Below, in pieces: positions 21,837 to 33,472 of a DNA stretch of 64,000 bases (within the stretch, counting starts at the first letter, position 1; each line of letters opens with the position of its first letter). Below the pieces are notes generated by a model. That model saw only the letters and a program-made list of their open reading frames with translations. It had not been told where the DNA came from and did not search any database. The translations under genes and the position numbers were made by a program. The DNA comes from Schizochytrium sp. TIO01. Lineage: Eukaryota; Protista; Bigyra: Labyrinthulomycetes. The DNA lies in contig SMSO01000031.1 of the NCBI GenBank assembly GCA_004764695.1, positions 3,448,436-3,512,435 on the forward strand, in the 5' to 3' direction.

Positions 21837-24251
21837 TTACCGCCTAGACTTCTGTCGATCCTCATAGACCTGCTCGAGGTGCATAAGAATATCATGCAGT
21901 GCAAGGCGAGTCGGGTTGCGCTTTTGCTGCTCGAGAAATGTGGAATGGATCTTTTGGTTTTCCAGGTTCGGGTATACCTTTTGCCAAAGGCCACGAGCTT
22001 GACGCTCCTTGTAGTACTCCAAGAGGTATTCCCATTCTTGCTTGGTGAGTGCTTGAAGCATTTCACCATCAATCTCCTTGAGATCTGTCAAGAGATCATC
22101 AGCTACGGAAGAGTCAGCACCAAACAGCATAGCGACCATATCGGACATCATTCGCATTTTGGTAATGGAATAATGGTCAGTCTTGTCCTTTGAAAGCTTC
22201 ATACTTGGCTGGCCGTTTACCTCAATAACACGTGGATTCATGTTGGAATCCACAATCAAGTCAACACCCATGATCTGAAAGCAGTTCGGGCAGTGCGACT
22301 CAGAGTGGCTACTGTAGTAGCGACGCCACTCCTGTTCTGCACTGAGCATAACAATAGAGATGGCAATCTGTATACGCTTGAACAGCGTATCATAGTCCTG
22401 GCCGACCTTGTTGAGATACTTTTGCAAGTCCTCGAAAGCCCAGGTGATCTCGGTCACGTTCTGGTTCACGTACTTCTTGTTTACTGATGTGTTAGTCAAG
22501 TACTGAGAACGACGACCTCCCTTGCGTGCATTGGGGTCGTACTCGCTGGAAGCAAAACGAATAATTCCGCGAGAGAAAACATAAGCGCGCATAGGTACAG
22601 TCGAAGTCACGAGAACGTATGTACGGATGTCCCACTTATGGTTCTGGATAAGGTGAGGATTACTCAAGTAGTTCTGCACGATGTGCGTCTTGAGGCGAAT
22701 TTTACTCAGCTCCTTCTCGCCATCAACAACAGTGATGCCCTTACCGCCACCCATGGTCAGCGGCTTAACAATGAAGGAGTCATCCGGGTGCTGCTGAGCA
22801 TACTCTTTGGCCGAGCTCCACTCGCTGGGGAAAAGCCAGCAGTGGAAAGTATAATCAGCGAAGATTGGCTCACCCTGCGTTCCCTGCGATACAGTTTTAC
22901 AGAAGCTGTCCTTACTCCAGAGTACAGCGCGAAGGCCAAGAACTCGATTGATGCGCTGGTAGCGGTCGACCTTTGAGAGACCGCTGGAGGAAAAGCAATC
23001 GTCATTCTTAAGAGCAAGACAAATAAGAACAGGATGCTCATCGGCAGCAAGTGTTTTTGAAGGGATTGGGCCTTCCTTTTTGCGACGCTCGACCTCCCAT
23101 CCAAATTGCTGGAAGCTGCGGATATAAGTTTCCTGATCACGACCAACATAGGCTTTGCTGCCCCACATGTAAACGGACTTGGAAGTTGTGTGAGCCCAGA
23201 ATGAAATCTCTTTTTCAATGCGACGGACCTCATCGGCAAACTGACCAACATCACCCTTGATGACAACCTTGGGCTGAGTAGTAACTGCATGGCGCTTAGG
23301 TTCGTGTGCAGCTCCGGCGTGGGAGGACCCTCCATGATTGTTGCCGTTGCCGTTGCTACTGCTGTCATCTTCATCATCACCGGAGTCATTATCAGCTTCG
23401 CCCTCAGTCAGTGCATAGAAGTCTGGTTCCTGAACCTCGGTACCGGTGATGGTTTCAAAGCTCTCTTCGCGAATAACCTCACGCAGACGCTTGAGTTCCT
23501 GCTCCTCCCAAAGAAGCTGGTCATGTACCTTGGCACGCCACTTGGGTTCTGCTGCAAGGTTTGGGTCATTGTGGGTAATGCGGTCAAGCTCTTCCAGCTC
23601 GGCAGTCCACTTCTTCATCTCCTCCTTGAGCTTTTCTGCAAACTCAAGTTCCTCATCGTCCATATCAGATGTATCAGTCAGAGCACCAGGCTCATGCGAA
23701 ACCGCAAACGAGAAACGGGTCTCAGCAGGGAGAATTCCACGCTCATCAGCCTTGTGCATATCATCGAGTTTCATCTCAAGAAGGAGACTTTCAAGCATCT
23801 TGTTGCGAGCCTCCTCGGCAGCCTTGACTTTCTCCTCTTGAAAGGCAGCCATCGCCTCTGCGGAAGGTCCGTCATTGCTGTTGCCATTGTCATTGTCATT
23901 ATCTCCGTCTCCGCCATCTCCGCCATCTTCAGGCATATCTTCTTCTCCTCCATCATCAGGCATGCCTTCGTTATCGCCAGAATCCTCCTCACCGGCAGCA
24001 GCGGCATCATCATCATCATCACCATTTCCTTCACCGTCGCCGCTCTTAGCCGAATTCGCTTGCTCATTTTCCAAGTTGATAGACGCAAAGCTTCCGAGCG
24101 GGTTGACAAGTACGTGCGGGAAAGTCTCTTCATGACGTCTTAAATTGTCATGAAGGTCATGGTAGATTTTAGTGTTCGTGCCAAAGTTCCACGTACCGAC
24201 AAAGATTACAATCCCCAGCAAGTACAAGTAATCCAGTCTTGAGAGCTGCAT
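21837..24251 (-). CDS. Tubulin-tyrosine ligase (TTL/TTLL) family ATP-grasp protein with N-terminal signal anchor
   Basis: FIVKPLTMGGGKGI, IVQNYLSNPHLI, KWDIRTYVLVTS, YLTNTSVNK, FQIMGVDLIVD and IEVNGQPS; hydrophobic YLYLLGIVIFVGTW at aa 8-21. Confidence 0.85.
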   Translation of the reverse strand: MQLSRLDYLYLLGIVIFVGTWNFGTNTKIYHDLHDNLRRHEETFPHVLVNPLGSFASINLENEQANSAKSGDGEGNGDDDDDAAAAGEEDSGDNEGMPDDGGEEDMPEDGGDGGDGDNDNDNGNSNDGPSAEAMAAFQEEKVKAAEEARNKMLESLLLEMKLDDMHKADERGILPAETRFSFAVSHEPGALTDTSDMDDEELEFAEKLKEEMKKWTAELEELDRITHNDPNLAAEPKWRAKVHDQLLWEEQELKRLREVIREESFETITGTEVQEPDFYALTEGEADNDSGDDEDDSSSNGNGNNHGGSSHAGAAHEPKRHAVTTQPKVVIKGDVGQFADEVRRIEKEISFWAHTTSKSVYMWGSKAYVGRDQETYIRSFQQFGWEVERRKKEGPIPSKTLAADEHPVLICLALKNDDCFSSSGLSKVDRYQRINRVLGLRAVLWSKDSFCKTVSQGTQGEPIFADYTFHCWLFPSEWSSAKEYAQQHPDDSFIVKPLTMGGGKGITVVDGEKELSKIRLKTHIVQNYLSNPHLIQNHKWDIRTYVLVTSTVPMRAYVFSRGIIRFASSEYDPNARKGGRRSQYLTNTSVNKKYVNQNVTEITWAFEDLQKYLNKVGQDYDTLFKRIQIAISIVMLSAEQEWRRYYSSHSESHCPNCFQIMGVDLIVDSNMNPRVIEVNGQPSMKLSKDKTDHYSITKMRMMSDMVAMLFGADSSVADDLLTDLKEIDGEMLQALTKQEWEYLLEYYKERQARGLWQKVYPNLENQKIHSTFLEQQKRNPTRLALHDILMHLEQVYEDRQKSRR

Positions 24252-25314
24252 TTTGTAGAAACCTCTGAAGAGAAATCAATGTTTTCGGATGCCCAAATTA
24301 TGATATGCTGCTTTGAGGAGGCTCTGATATGAATCCTCGTGCCCTTCTCTACTGTCTTGTGAGATAGGGTTATTGGACCCTATATTTTATGAGGAGTCAA
24401 GCAGACGAAATGGCCTCGGGACTGGCTGGATGCCTCTATGCACGCAGGTTTCGAGGCCGCGGCACCGGTATGGACGCCAGTAAAGGGTCCCAGAAGGCCT
24501 TTTCTGGGCCAGAGTGCTCTTTTGCGCTCTGTAACGCCACCTCAGCGCCAGAGCAACCCGAGCCCGCCTTCGAGCCGACGTTGATCGAAGTATTGATTGA
24601 GCGACGATGGAGGTGGACTCCGTTTGCCAATTGTCCACCCAAGATCACTATTATTCATTACATTTACCTATATTCCATTTTATCCTTGATCTTGGGATGT
24701 ATAAGAGCTCTTACATAAAAAACATAGGATAGTCCTATTTAAGGACTACCTAGTACCGAGTACCTGGTGGTGTAGCCTTGCAGAGCAGATCTAAAGAGAA
24801 ATACAACAAATGAGGAGGCGGTGGAGTACATGTCAAAGAGCTTAGAAGACGCCCTAAAAGCACCAGATAGTGGATGCTGCGAATTTGAATACTATCTACT
24901 GCTTATGCAAAGATATTCCTTCGGAGGCTGAACATCGAAATGTAGAGAACATGAAAAACGTTGAATTTTTTTTCCACCGGCTGATACAACACAAATTATA
25001 TTTAGAATAATAAGGACAGAGTGAAAACCGACAATGCTAAGGAAAGATAAGATGATTCATAGCAGGTACTATTGTCTAATCCTAAGATCGACAAAGTTTA
25101 TTATAGTGAACAAAACGCTTGAAGAGCAACCTTGATAACTTTCACCATCACTTCATACTCCAGATACCAAGGTTTCGCTCCTTGTAGGTCAAGGTAGCTC
25201 ACACTCAAGCTAAGGGTTATTTGGGTTCGAGGTTGCTGAGTGCTTGTTAAGTTTTGGCAGATAGTGTCAGTTGAAGTTCCTTGCCAAAGACGCGTACGAT
25301 TGGCGGAAAATACC

Positions 25315-28300
25315 ATGGCATCTGCAAGGAGCTCGACAGCGTCGAGCATTTGGCAACGGCCTTTTGTTGATGTCTTTAAACTTGTGGGCCTAAGCACGGG
25401 TGTTTGGTCTAATTGTGAGCGTGAAGGAAACGTAAAGCAAGTTCTGGACAAGGCTATTGGCAAAAATGTGGTTCGAGTTGCAGGAGCTGTTGCTACAGCG
25501 AACACCCTGCAGATCCCGAGCAAGAAGCACACCGGGCTTGGACTTACGGGAAGTTTTATCTACGTTCAAGTTCGCCCTTTGCCGCATCAGCTATTTACCA
25601 TCATCATTGAAGTTCTTTGCAAGGACGGGACTGCAACACGCATCACCTTGAGCAATATGTTTAGAGTTTATGGTCGCAGAGGCCCACGAATTCTTGTTCC
25701 GCTTGATCTAGCAGACGAATGGTACACTGTAGGTCTTGATGTGCCAAGCTTGCTAGACCGCTATAAAGATCCAGCAAGACCCAGCGAGTACTGGTGTTTA
25801 AAGTCAATCACTGTGCATGCAGGTGTACAGTTGCGTAATGTATATACTTCTGAAACACCATATCGTTCTACACCAGACCTCAATGAAGATAGTGAAATGG
25901 TCAATCTGGAGTCCATGCCTTCCGCAATGCAAATGTCCAGAACTTCAACGAACACGGTGATTTGGGCACCCTCCATCCCCCAAATATCAACATATTCTTC
26001 CGCGACATCGGTGCCAATTCGCTCACTTGCAGCTGGCCAAGGAGATGGCCTTCCTTCTCCTCTGATTACACCCGACGCTGCCAGTGTTGCAAGTAAAGAT
26101 GTTTTCTCTGTCAATAACAAATCCAAAACATCTAGATTTGAAACCGGGCAAACACCAATGAGTAACTCGAGTGGTAGCAGCTCGAGGAGAAAAGGAGCTC
26201 CTGGATCATCTACAAGAAGCCAATCTCACCAAACAAATGGTTCTCAGAAGTTTTCACCTCGTATTGGTTTGTCACAGAGAGCAATTAGTGAAAACATTCA
26301 TGGGGAGGGCAACCAACTTGCCAGTGAGCCCCGAAGGATTAGTTCCATCAAAAAGGCATCGCCGAACAATATGCGTAAAGGGTCACAGTCATCAGCAATG
26401 AAGCCATCCTCACCTTCCTCTGTAAGAAATTCACCATCTATCGCCAGCTCAACAGCCCCCCCTGCATTACGCCCAGACCCTATTATGCGTCTTCATACCT
26501 ATGTTGGACATTCCTGCGCCCTTGATAGTGCAACACCTATCTGGTCTCGCGATGGCAAGAGCATCATTTACGCGAGTGCATGTAACATAATTATAGGTAA
26601 GGTTGACAACCCGAAACGGCAGCAGCGCATGCTTTTTGGACATACCGCCCGCGTGAACTGCCTAGCGTTAGATACGATTGGGTCTACTTTAGCATCTAGC
26701 CAAGATGGTCGAAACCCGGTTATACGTCTATGGGATACGGAGTCTGGTAGATGTACTTCTGTACTTGCTACGTGCCCTGGAGGCGATCTTCGTTCGTTAG
26801 ATTTTAGTAGTGACGGGAGTTTTCTTTGTGCTGTTGGCCGTGACGAGCATAATCGTATGCAGCTTTGTGTATGGAGCATCTCAGGGGTTCAAAGTAAGCG
26901 AACTGTTGGTAGCACATCCACTGTTGTCCAACATCAGGGCCAGCAGGGGGCATATTCGGCCGATACTCGGATTTCGTTAGTGGCACGACAGACCTGCGAA
27001 TTCGATATTGCACGCGTTCGCTTTTCCCCTTATGACGCATATCAGCTAGTATCTGGTGGCCGAGAGAATATCCGATTCTGGCGCATTCGCAACCGGCACC
27101 TTCCTGGCACTCCGGTGGTACTGAACGATTTTGCTCGTAAAGCAACATTTACTGATCTGGCGTTCGAGAGCTCATTCGGAGGCACAACACCTGGAATCAG
27201 TGGCTCAGCTCCCGGATCAACACTTGATAAACGTGTTTTCTTTGCCACTAATCTTGGAACAGTGATGGCTGTCCATTATGAGCGTCGTGCAGTTTTATGC
27301 ATCTATCGGCTTCACGATGGACCAATTCACGCCATTGCGATTAACGAAGGATTCTGCGTTACCGCTTCAGAGGATCAGCATGTTCGTGTATGGCCGTTAG
27401 ACTTTGGAGACTTTTTCTTGGAAGCACGCCACGAATCTCCCGTTGGGTCAGTTGATGTGTCTCCTGATGGGTTGGAGATTCTCACCAACACAATAGCCGG
27501 GGTTATGGGTGTTCTTCATGTTTCATCCCATTCGTACACTGCTAAACTACGTGCGCATGGAGGAGATGTATCTTGCATTAGTTTTCGCACAGGTCCCCAC
27601 GGTGAGAATGAAATGGCGACAGCATCTTCAGATGGCACAGTTCGTGTTTGGTCAGTGCCTGGTTGTGAGCAGATGTACGAATTTGCATCTGATGAGGACG
27701 AGGCGCTATGTTGTGCGTACCATCCAGATCCGAACCAAAACCTGCTCGTCTGCGGCTACCGGTCCGGGGCTCTTCGCGTTTTTGATGTATGCGCTACAGC
27801 TCTTATTTACGAGTACAAACAGCACGTTGGAGCGGTATATGGCGTGGGGATCCACGCCAATGGGCATTGCGTGTTCTCCCTTGGTGATGATGGTCACATC
27901 TGTGTATACGATAGCTCTCAATTTTTTCAACCGACCAAGATGATTCCTCTTGATGAAGCTGGGACATCTTTTGGTGTTCCAAAAATAGAGAACAAGAGTT
28001 GGTCCCCTAAATGTATGGCACTTGATCCTACTGGGAAGCTTCTTGCTGCGGTTCATCCGATCAAGCAAGAAATTGTTTTAGTTAATACTAAACCAGGGCT
28101 GAGCCTCGTGGATATGCATGTTGTTATGCAGATTAAGCGCGCGTCGCGTAGTTTTGGTCGAGAGGCTGTGTTCTTGGCATTAACCTTCTCTTCTGATGGT
28201 ACAGAACTGATTGCCTCTACGGCCGATAATCGCATTATAAAATATCGCATATTGTATAGCTCTGATCAAGGATGGGATGCAACACTAGTACGTGATACAC

Positions 28301-30855
28301 ATTCCATGCACCCTGCTTCTGTCAGTGCTTTGGCGCTTAGTCCACATGGTTCGGACTATCTTGCTACTTCAGGGAGTGATAACATGCTACAGATATGGGA
28401 TGCGCGTTTAAGTGGCGCAGCGCCAACATTGCAGCGGTTTATTGGACATGCATCGGAAGTCCTTGATTCTAATTTCTCACAAGATGGGCGTTTCTTTGCT
28501 TCTGTCGGTCGGGACCAGACAATGCTCTTGTGGGAGTTTTTGGGGGAGCCAAGTGAGAATCCTTGGGCAGCAGCAGATGACATTGCAATCGGATGCATCA
28601 CGTCGGGACAGAACCAGGAATGCCTTGTAGATGAGCTGACCTTTGACTCTCAAACTGAAATAACAGAGGAAGGTATGAAATATCACCCAAGCCTTGAGGA
28701 GGTAAACACGATGAGACATGCTGAAGTAACCGGTCTGAATGTCGTTGGGACATCGTTGTCTCCTGCATCACCTCTCACTACAGAAAGTTCCACGAGTATT
28801 GCATGGGCTGATGGATCGAACGTAAAATTTTGCCCACCAAGACGGCAGCTTGCTGCAGACGACACAGAAAATCTTAAAGCAGCACGCTGCATCCCCACTC
28901 ATACGGATAGTCTCCGAGTCACTGGTTTGAATATCTCGTCAGCATCAGTCATGGGATGGCACCCGAGCTCAGGTCTATTTGTTTATACATGTGGACGCCA
29001 CGTGATCTTTGAAGATCTTAGTTCTCAAGCTCAGGAGACTTTTGTAAAGCATCATAGTACGGTGTCAGCCGTCACGGTAGGAGCTTCTGGTCGATATGTC
29101 GCTACAGGGGCAGGTCTTGCAACTGCTGGGGGCGCTGCAGCAGCTTCTGGCGAAGGAAAATGCGCCGAAATTATTATATATGAGGCAGCAGACAATATCT
29201 GCGTTCTTCATGTTATGATTGGACACCTGCATGCTGGAGTTCAAGCTCTACAGTTTTCATCTGATGAAAAAAGGTTGGCATCTCTTGGCGCCGTGGATAA
29301 TGGGATGCTTTGTGTCTGGGATGTGGAGCACGGTACCTTGCAAGCGAGCCATCGACTTGTAGATGGCATTGCATTTGACTTACTGTGGACCTCTCTTTCA
29401 TCTCTCGTAACTGTAGGTCTGTGTGGACAGCTAGCATTTTGGGATGTGCCTGCAGAGCATGGAAGTAAATTGTCTTTGGACACGATCCAACACTTGCGCC
29501 GGCTGAACGACGATGGCACGCATCTCACATGTGTGGCGCGTGCTCCACGTTGGCTAACTCGTGCACACGAGGCTGACTGCGTTTTTGCTATCGGTGATAC
29601 TCATGGAGAGATCTATGTTATGGCGTTACCAGAGCGTATCGAACTAGCAAGATGGCAAGCTGCGGAAGATGAAGTAACCGCAATTGCATGGTGCGAAAAG
29701 CATATTGTTGTTGGTGTCTGTACGGGTGTGGTCGTTTTGTGGGATGTGAGTGAAGAGTATCCTGATGCTGGCTGTATTCCTGCGCATGTTTTTAGCTATA
29801 AGAATCCAATTGTAGATTTATGTTGGCAAGCGCAGGGTAACGATGGCTTAGTGGCAACTGCTGCTAGTTCGTGCATATATACCAGCGTGGTACATGAGCA
29901 ACTAGTTCCGATTCTGCGTGGACATGAACACCCACTCGATGAACTATGCATTAGTTCAAATGGTAGTCTCCTGGCAACTTGTTCGAAGCGAAGCACATCA
30001 GGGATCCTTCTTTGGGAACCATCTACAATGGAAGTACTCGCTCAAGTAAGCATTGGTGATGAGTTCACCAGAATTTTGAGTGTAGGATTTCTCCACCATC
30101 CTGAAGATGCAATGCATGCTGTGCCCTCGTTTTTAAATACTCCTACGATGTGCGTCTTGGGCTGCTCAGATGGAAGCCTTCGTGTAGTTGACTTCGCTTC
30201 ATCAGGGAACGTTTCAAGCATGCAAGTATTTGCACCGTCTGATAGCGTTGTTTCTGTTTGCGCTATTGGATCTTGGATTGCTGCAGCCTCGTGCTTTGGA
30301 GAAGCTGTAATGGTTCGAGTCAATCTTGAAAATGGTACTTTGGACGAGTCCATACGGATTCCAGTGAGTTCTCAAGATCACAGTAAGGGAGGGAGGGCAG
30401 CTTTTCTTTGCGCAGATACCCGAATGCTGGATATCTTTGCCGTCGCTGACAAAAAAGGAACAGTTACTCTTTTCGAATTAGGTGCTGCACATGTGGAGCC
30501 TGTGTTGAAATTGTCACAGCTGGATTTTAAATTCGTAGGATTTGCAAATTCAGACTCCGATGTCCTCATTTGCGCGACAGAGAATTCGGTCTGCCAAATT
30601 GCGTTTGGAGTATCGCCTGACGCCAGCCTTTCTGAAGAAGTACTTCTTCCTCCTGGCGAATTAATTACAGCGCTTGCAGGTGACTTGCTAGGTACGGACC
30701 GCGGCAGAGTTCTTCGATTTGTTAATGGGACCCGGCTCGAAATTATTTATGACGGCCACATCAGTGCTGTGAGCAGTCTTGTTGTAGATTTGAATAAAGG
30801 TCTAGTATTCTCTGCCTCGGATATCGAGGTAGTACGGTCTACTATAATTCAATAA
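25315..30855 (+). CDS. WDR90: WDR90/POC16 centriolar protein (CFA20 domain plus WD40 repeats)
   Basis: N-terminal WQRPFVDVFK and CFA20-like LGLTGSFIYVQVR; LRPDPIMRL; VRVWPLDFGDFFLEARHESPV; many WD40 repeats; first ATG at 25315. Confidence 0.9.
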   Translation: MASARSSTASSIWQRPFVDVFKLVGLSTGVWSNCEREGNVKQVLDKAIGKNVVRVAGAVATANTLQIPSKKHTGLGLTGSFIYVQVRPLPHQLFTIIIEVLCKDGTATRITLSNMFRVYGRRGPRILVPLDLADEWYTVGLDVPSLLDRYKDPARPSEYWCLKSITVHAGVQLRNVYTSETPYRSTPDLNEDSEMVNLESMPSAMQMSRTSTNTVIWAPSIPQISTYSSATSVPIRSLAAGQGDGLPSPLITPDAASVASKDVFSVNNKSKTSRFETGQTPMSNSSGSSSRRKGAPGSSTRSQSHQTNGSQKFSPRIGLSQRAISENIHGEGNQLASEPRRISSIKKASPNNMRKGSQSSAMKPSSPSSVRNSPSIASSTAPPALRPDPIMRLHTYVGHSCALDSATPIWSRDGKSIIYASACNIIIGKVDNPKRQQRMLFGHTARVNCLALDTIGSTLASSQDGRNPVIRLWDTESGRCTSVLATCPGGDLRSLDFSSDGSFLCAVGRDEHNRMQLCVWSISGVQSKRTVGSTSTVVQHQGQQGAYSADTRISLVARQTCEFDIARVRFSPYDAYQLVSGGRENIRFWRIRNRHLPGTPVVLNDFARKATFTDLAFESSFGGTTPGISGSAPGSTLDKRVFFATNLGTVMAVHYERRAVLCIYRLHDGPIHAIAINEGFCVTASEDQHVRVWPLDFGDFFLEARHESPVGSVDVSPDGLEILTNTIAGVMGVLHVSSHSYTAKLRAHGGDVSCISFRTGPHGENEMATASSDGTVRVWSVPGCEQMYEFASDEDEALCCAYHPDPNQNLLVCGYRSGALRVFDVCATALIYEYKQHVGAVYGVGIHANGHCVFSLGDDGHICVYDSSQFFQPTKMIPLDEAGTSFGVPKIENKSWSPKCMALDPTGKLLAAVHPIKQEIVLVNTKPGLSLVDMHVVMQIKRASRSFGREAVFLALTFSSDGTELIASTADNRIIKYRILYSSDQGWDATLVRDTHSMHPASVSALALSPHGSDYLATSGSDNMLQIWDARLSGAAPTLQRFIGHASEVLDSNFSQDGRFFASVGRDQTMLLWEFLGEPSENPWAAADDIAIGCITSGQNQECLVDELTFDSQTEITEEGMKYHPSLEEVNTMRHAEVTGLNVVGTSLSPASPLTTESSTSIAWADGSNVKFCPPRRQLAADDTENLKAARCIPTHTDSLRVTGLNISSASVMGWHPSSGLFVYTCGRHVIFEDLSSQAQETFVKHHSTVSAVTVGASGRYVATGAGLATAGGAAAASGEGKCAEIIIYEAADNICVLHVMIGHLHAGVQALQFSSDEKRLASLGAVDNGMLCVWDVEHGTLQASHRLVDGIAFDLLWTSLSSLVTVGLCGQLAFWDVPAEHGSKLSLDTIQHLRRLNDDGTHLTCVARAPRWLTRAHEADCVFAIGDTHGEIYVMALPERIELARWQAAEDEVTAIAWCEKHIVVGVCTGVVVLWDVSEEYPDAGCIPAHVFSYKNPIVDLCWQAQGNDGLVATAASSCIYTSVVHEQLVPILRGHEHPLDELCISSNGSLLATCSKRSTSGILLWEPSTMEVLAQVSIGDEFTRILSVGFLHHPEDAMHAVPSFLNTPTMCVLGCSDGSLRVVDFASSGNVSSMQVFAPSDSVVSVCAIGSWIAAASCFGEAVMVRVNLENGTLDESIRIPVSSQDHSKGGRAAFLCADTRMLDIFAVADKKGTVTLFELGAAHVEPVLKLSQLDFKFVGFANSDSDVLICATENSVCQIAFGVSPDASLSEEVLLPPGELITALAGDLLGTDRGRVLRFVNGTRLEIIYDGHISAVSSLVVDLNKGLVFSASDIEVVRSTIIQ

Positions 30856-31672
30856 ATCTCACATATTACATTGCATGCAAGGGCAAAACCCGAAATCATC
30901 GCTTAAAGTAAAACATATAATGTCTCATTATAATGAGATTGTAGAAACAAATGAAACCAAAGAAATAAAGATACTTTTTGTATTAGAAGAAGAGATGTTT
31001 CCCAACTATTAATGATGCTTTGTTGGGAGAGAAGTATTTGTGAATAGTAGTTTGCAAATTACACACTATAGCTCCTTCAAGAATAAAAATGTGAAAATGT
31101 GAATGCCTTTTTATATTTCCAAAGTAATGAGGGATTTGATATGAATTCGTCATGGATCCAGTCGTATCTTTGCTTCTGATTTGAGCTGACATAACGGGAC
31201 CCCTTAGTTTTAGCCATGGTGTTTCGTGAAGGTTCTGAGGGAATGGCAAGTTGGTCAGGGAAAAGGAAGATACGTTTAGGTAAAAAGAGCAAAAGTTGGT
31301 TTGTTTTATTTTCTTTGCATAAAGGAAGGGTTCCGAGCATGTCAATAATTCACATTTTGGGGAAGGTGCATGCAGTAAGGCATTTCTTGACTTGAGCCAA
31401 AGACAGACTGTCTCGGTGTAAGAGTTAGTAAAGAAAACAAAAAAAAGGGTCAGAACTGCCATAGTGATGGCCCAGGTCTAGGCGAAAGTAGTTGCATAGA
31501 AACAAGGGATAAATGTATATTGGAGCTTGTAGGCGAGCGGCATCCATCTGACCTGAATCTTCGAGCGGAGGTTTCTATTGGCTCGAGATGGCCGAAGAGA
31601 GCGAGTATATAAAGCGTTAGAAAGTATATATGTATGAATGAAATATAAGCGACCAAAATCTCACCACCAGAA

Positions 31673-31942
31673 TCATTGCTGACCTGATGGGACCTGGGTG
31701 CTATCCGAGGTGAAAAGAAGTTTGACGGATATGAGGCACTCTGTGACAATAGCAGCTCCAATCAGAGCGCCACTGACAGTTTTCGCTACGCAGGACCTGC
31801 ACATGGTCGCTGGGTTGCACGAGCCATCACTGTCATCCCTGGTTTCCACAATCGCATTATCAACACGAGCAAGAAGTTCACGATAGTACTCGTCATCGCG
31901 ACTGGAACCTCGAGGAGCACCGGCCTCATTTAGGCTCGCCAT
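31673..31942 (-). CDS. Small hypothetical protein (89 aa) with CxxC and C-terminal hydrophobic segment
   Basis: AAAATGGCG start context, GC-richer than its flanks, protein-like composition. Confidence 0.5.
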   Translation of the reverse strand: MASLNEAGAPRGSSRDDEYYRELLARVDNAIVETRDDSDGSCNPATMCRSCVAKTVSGALIGAAIVTECLISVKLLFTSDSTQVPSGQQ

Positions 31943-33472
31943 TTTCCAGCTGTCTGGGCCTTATGTCAAGGCTTCTTTTCCTTCGCAACAAGGCTCAATC
32001 CCGCACTCCGCGAGCTAAAATCTGGTTTTGTGCAAGGCAATTCACAACCTGTTCTTCACCCTACTGCCCAATGCCAAAGAGATTGCCAGTGCCAGGTTTT
32101 CGAGATTGGCTTCGCGTTCGTTTCTTTCATTCATGGCTCCTACTCATATGAAACACGTCAATCCTCCATCATTAGCACTCCTTTACTATTTACTAGTAGG
32201 CACTACATGTTCAATCATCATGGCCAGGTAGAATAGGGAAACCATGGAAGAAAATTTTCATCCTTCGCAGCACCTGAAGCAGAACCTGAGGTGCATAAAA
32301 TGGGAAATCCAGCCAGACCTTCTTCATATGGCTCGACAAAAGCACATGCTCTTGAGTGTGCTTCAAATAAGTCCGATGTTTCAAGTTGACAAGGCATCAA
32401 GGGGCACTTCAAGTTTTGTACGATTGTTGGAGATATTATTCTTGCTCTGAACATAGACTGTTTTACTATGACGATGAAGAGATGATCACTGGTACCAATA
32501 GTGTTGTAGTGGATTGACTTGCTCTCATAATGATCAGATCAGGTTTCCGCACCGAGTCGCTTAGCTTTCTGGTTGCTGAAGGTTATCTAATACCTACAAT
32601 TTTGATTGATTAACATAGTCACAGACCTTGATGGTAATGGCTTTTATGAAATTTTAGTTGCAGGTGGCCAATTGTCTACTACTATTAATTCCGTGTAGAG
32701 GCTCGTAGCATGGATGATTCTTGATGGAGAGTGGGAAGGTATAAAAGCATGGCATAGACCTGAGGAGATAGATTGGGCGGCAAGTGCTGATGGTTTTTAT
32801 TTAAGAATGATATGGATAGTGTGTGTAAGAGGGGGGGGGTTATAAATGTGGGGGAGAAGCTACAGATGCTACAGGTGTTAAGGACAGAAGGAGCTAAAGA
32901 AAGGAGTCCTCACCTGGAAACAAGGCAGTTATGAGAAAGTATGACACAAGAAAGAAATTCTTATTAATCATTCTGCACAAATTTCCTGAAAGTCCATGAT
33001 AATGAGACAAAATGCATTGATGCAAACACTCCAATAGAATTGCAAAATGAAAATTCTCTATGCTCGAAAATATCAAATACAAAAAAGCGTAAGGGGCGCA
33101 AGGGAAGCTGGAAAAAGGTCAATGATGTGTTAATCTAGTACTTCTTCATCATATTGTGTGCAATTTGTACTAACTACCTGCATACAATATTTCCATTGGA
33201 ATATCTTCAAACCTATTCGAGTGCAATCAAAACCCTTTATATTGTGTTTGCTCTATAAATTGCTGAATGATGCTCAACCTGGAAAATCGTAAAGTTGGCA
33301 AATATATGAAATCAAGATATCACTCTAACGATGCATTCTTGTATTGTTACCATAACTCCAGTTGTGAGTGAGAGTGAATTGTAAAGTCAAAGTATTCACA
33401 ATAAGCCTGCAGAAAAGGACGCGACCTGCACCTCCAGCAAATGAAAAACGCGGATAGGAATGTGACCAAACT

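Noticed and set aside
16826-24143. Long antisense or alternate-frame ORFs (e.g. 17133-18113 +, 23289-24143 +)
   Set aside because: Shadows of acidic low-complexity coding sequence on the opposite strand; Ser-rich products with no domain
31640-31675. Selenocysteine readthrough of the TGA ending the 89-aa ORF
   Set aside because: A second TGA follows four codons later, there is no redox motif and no SECIS was identified
32549-32559. GCACCGAGTCG, resembling the tracrRNA/sgRNA 3' hairpin
   Set aside because: Only 11 nt, hairpin incomplete, no scaffold, cas gene or repeat-spacer array
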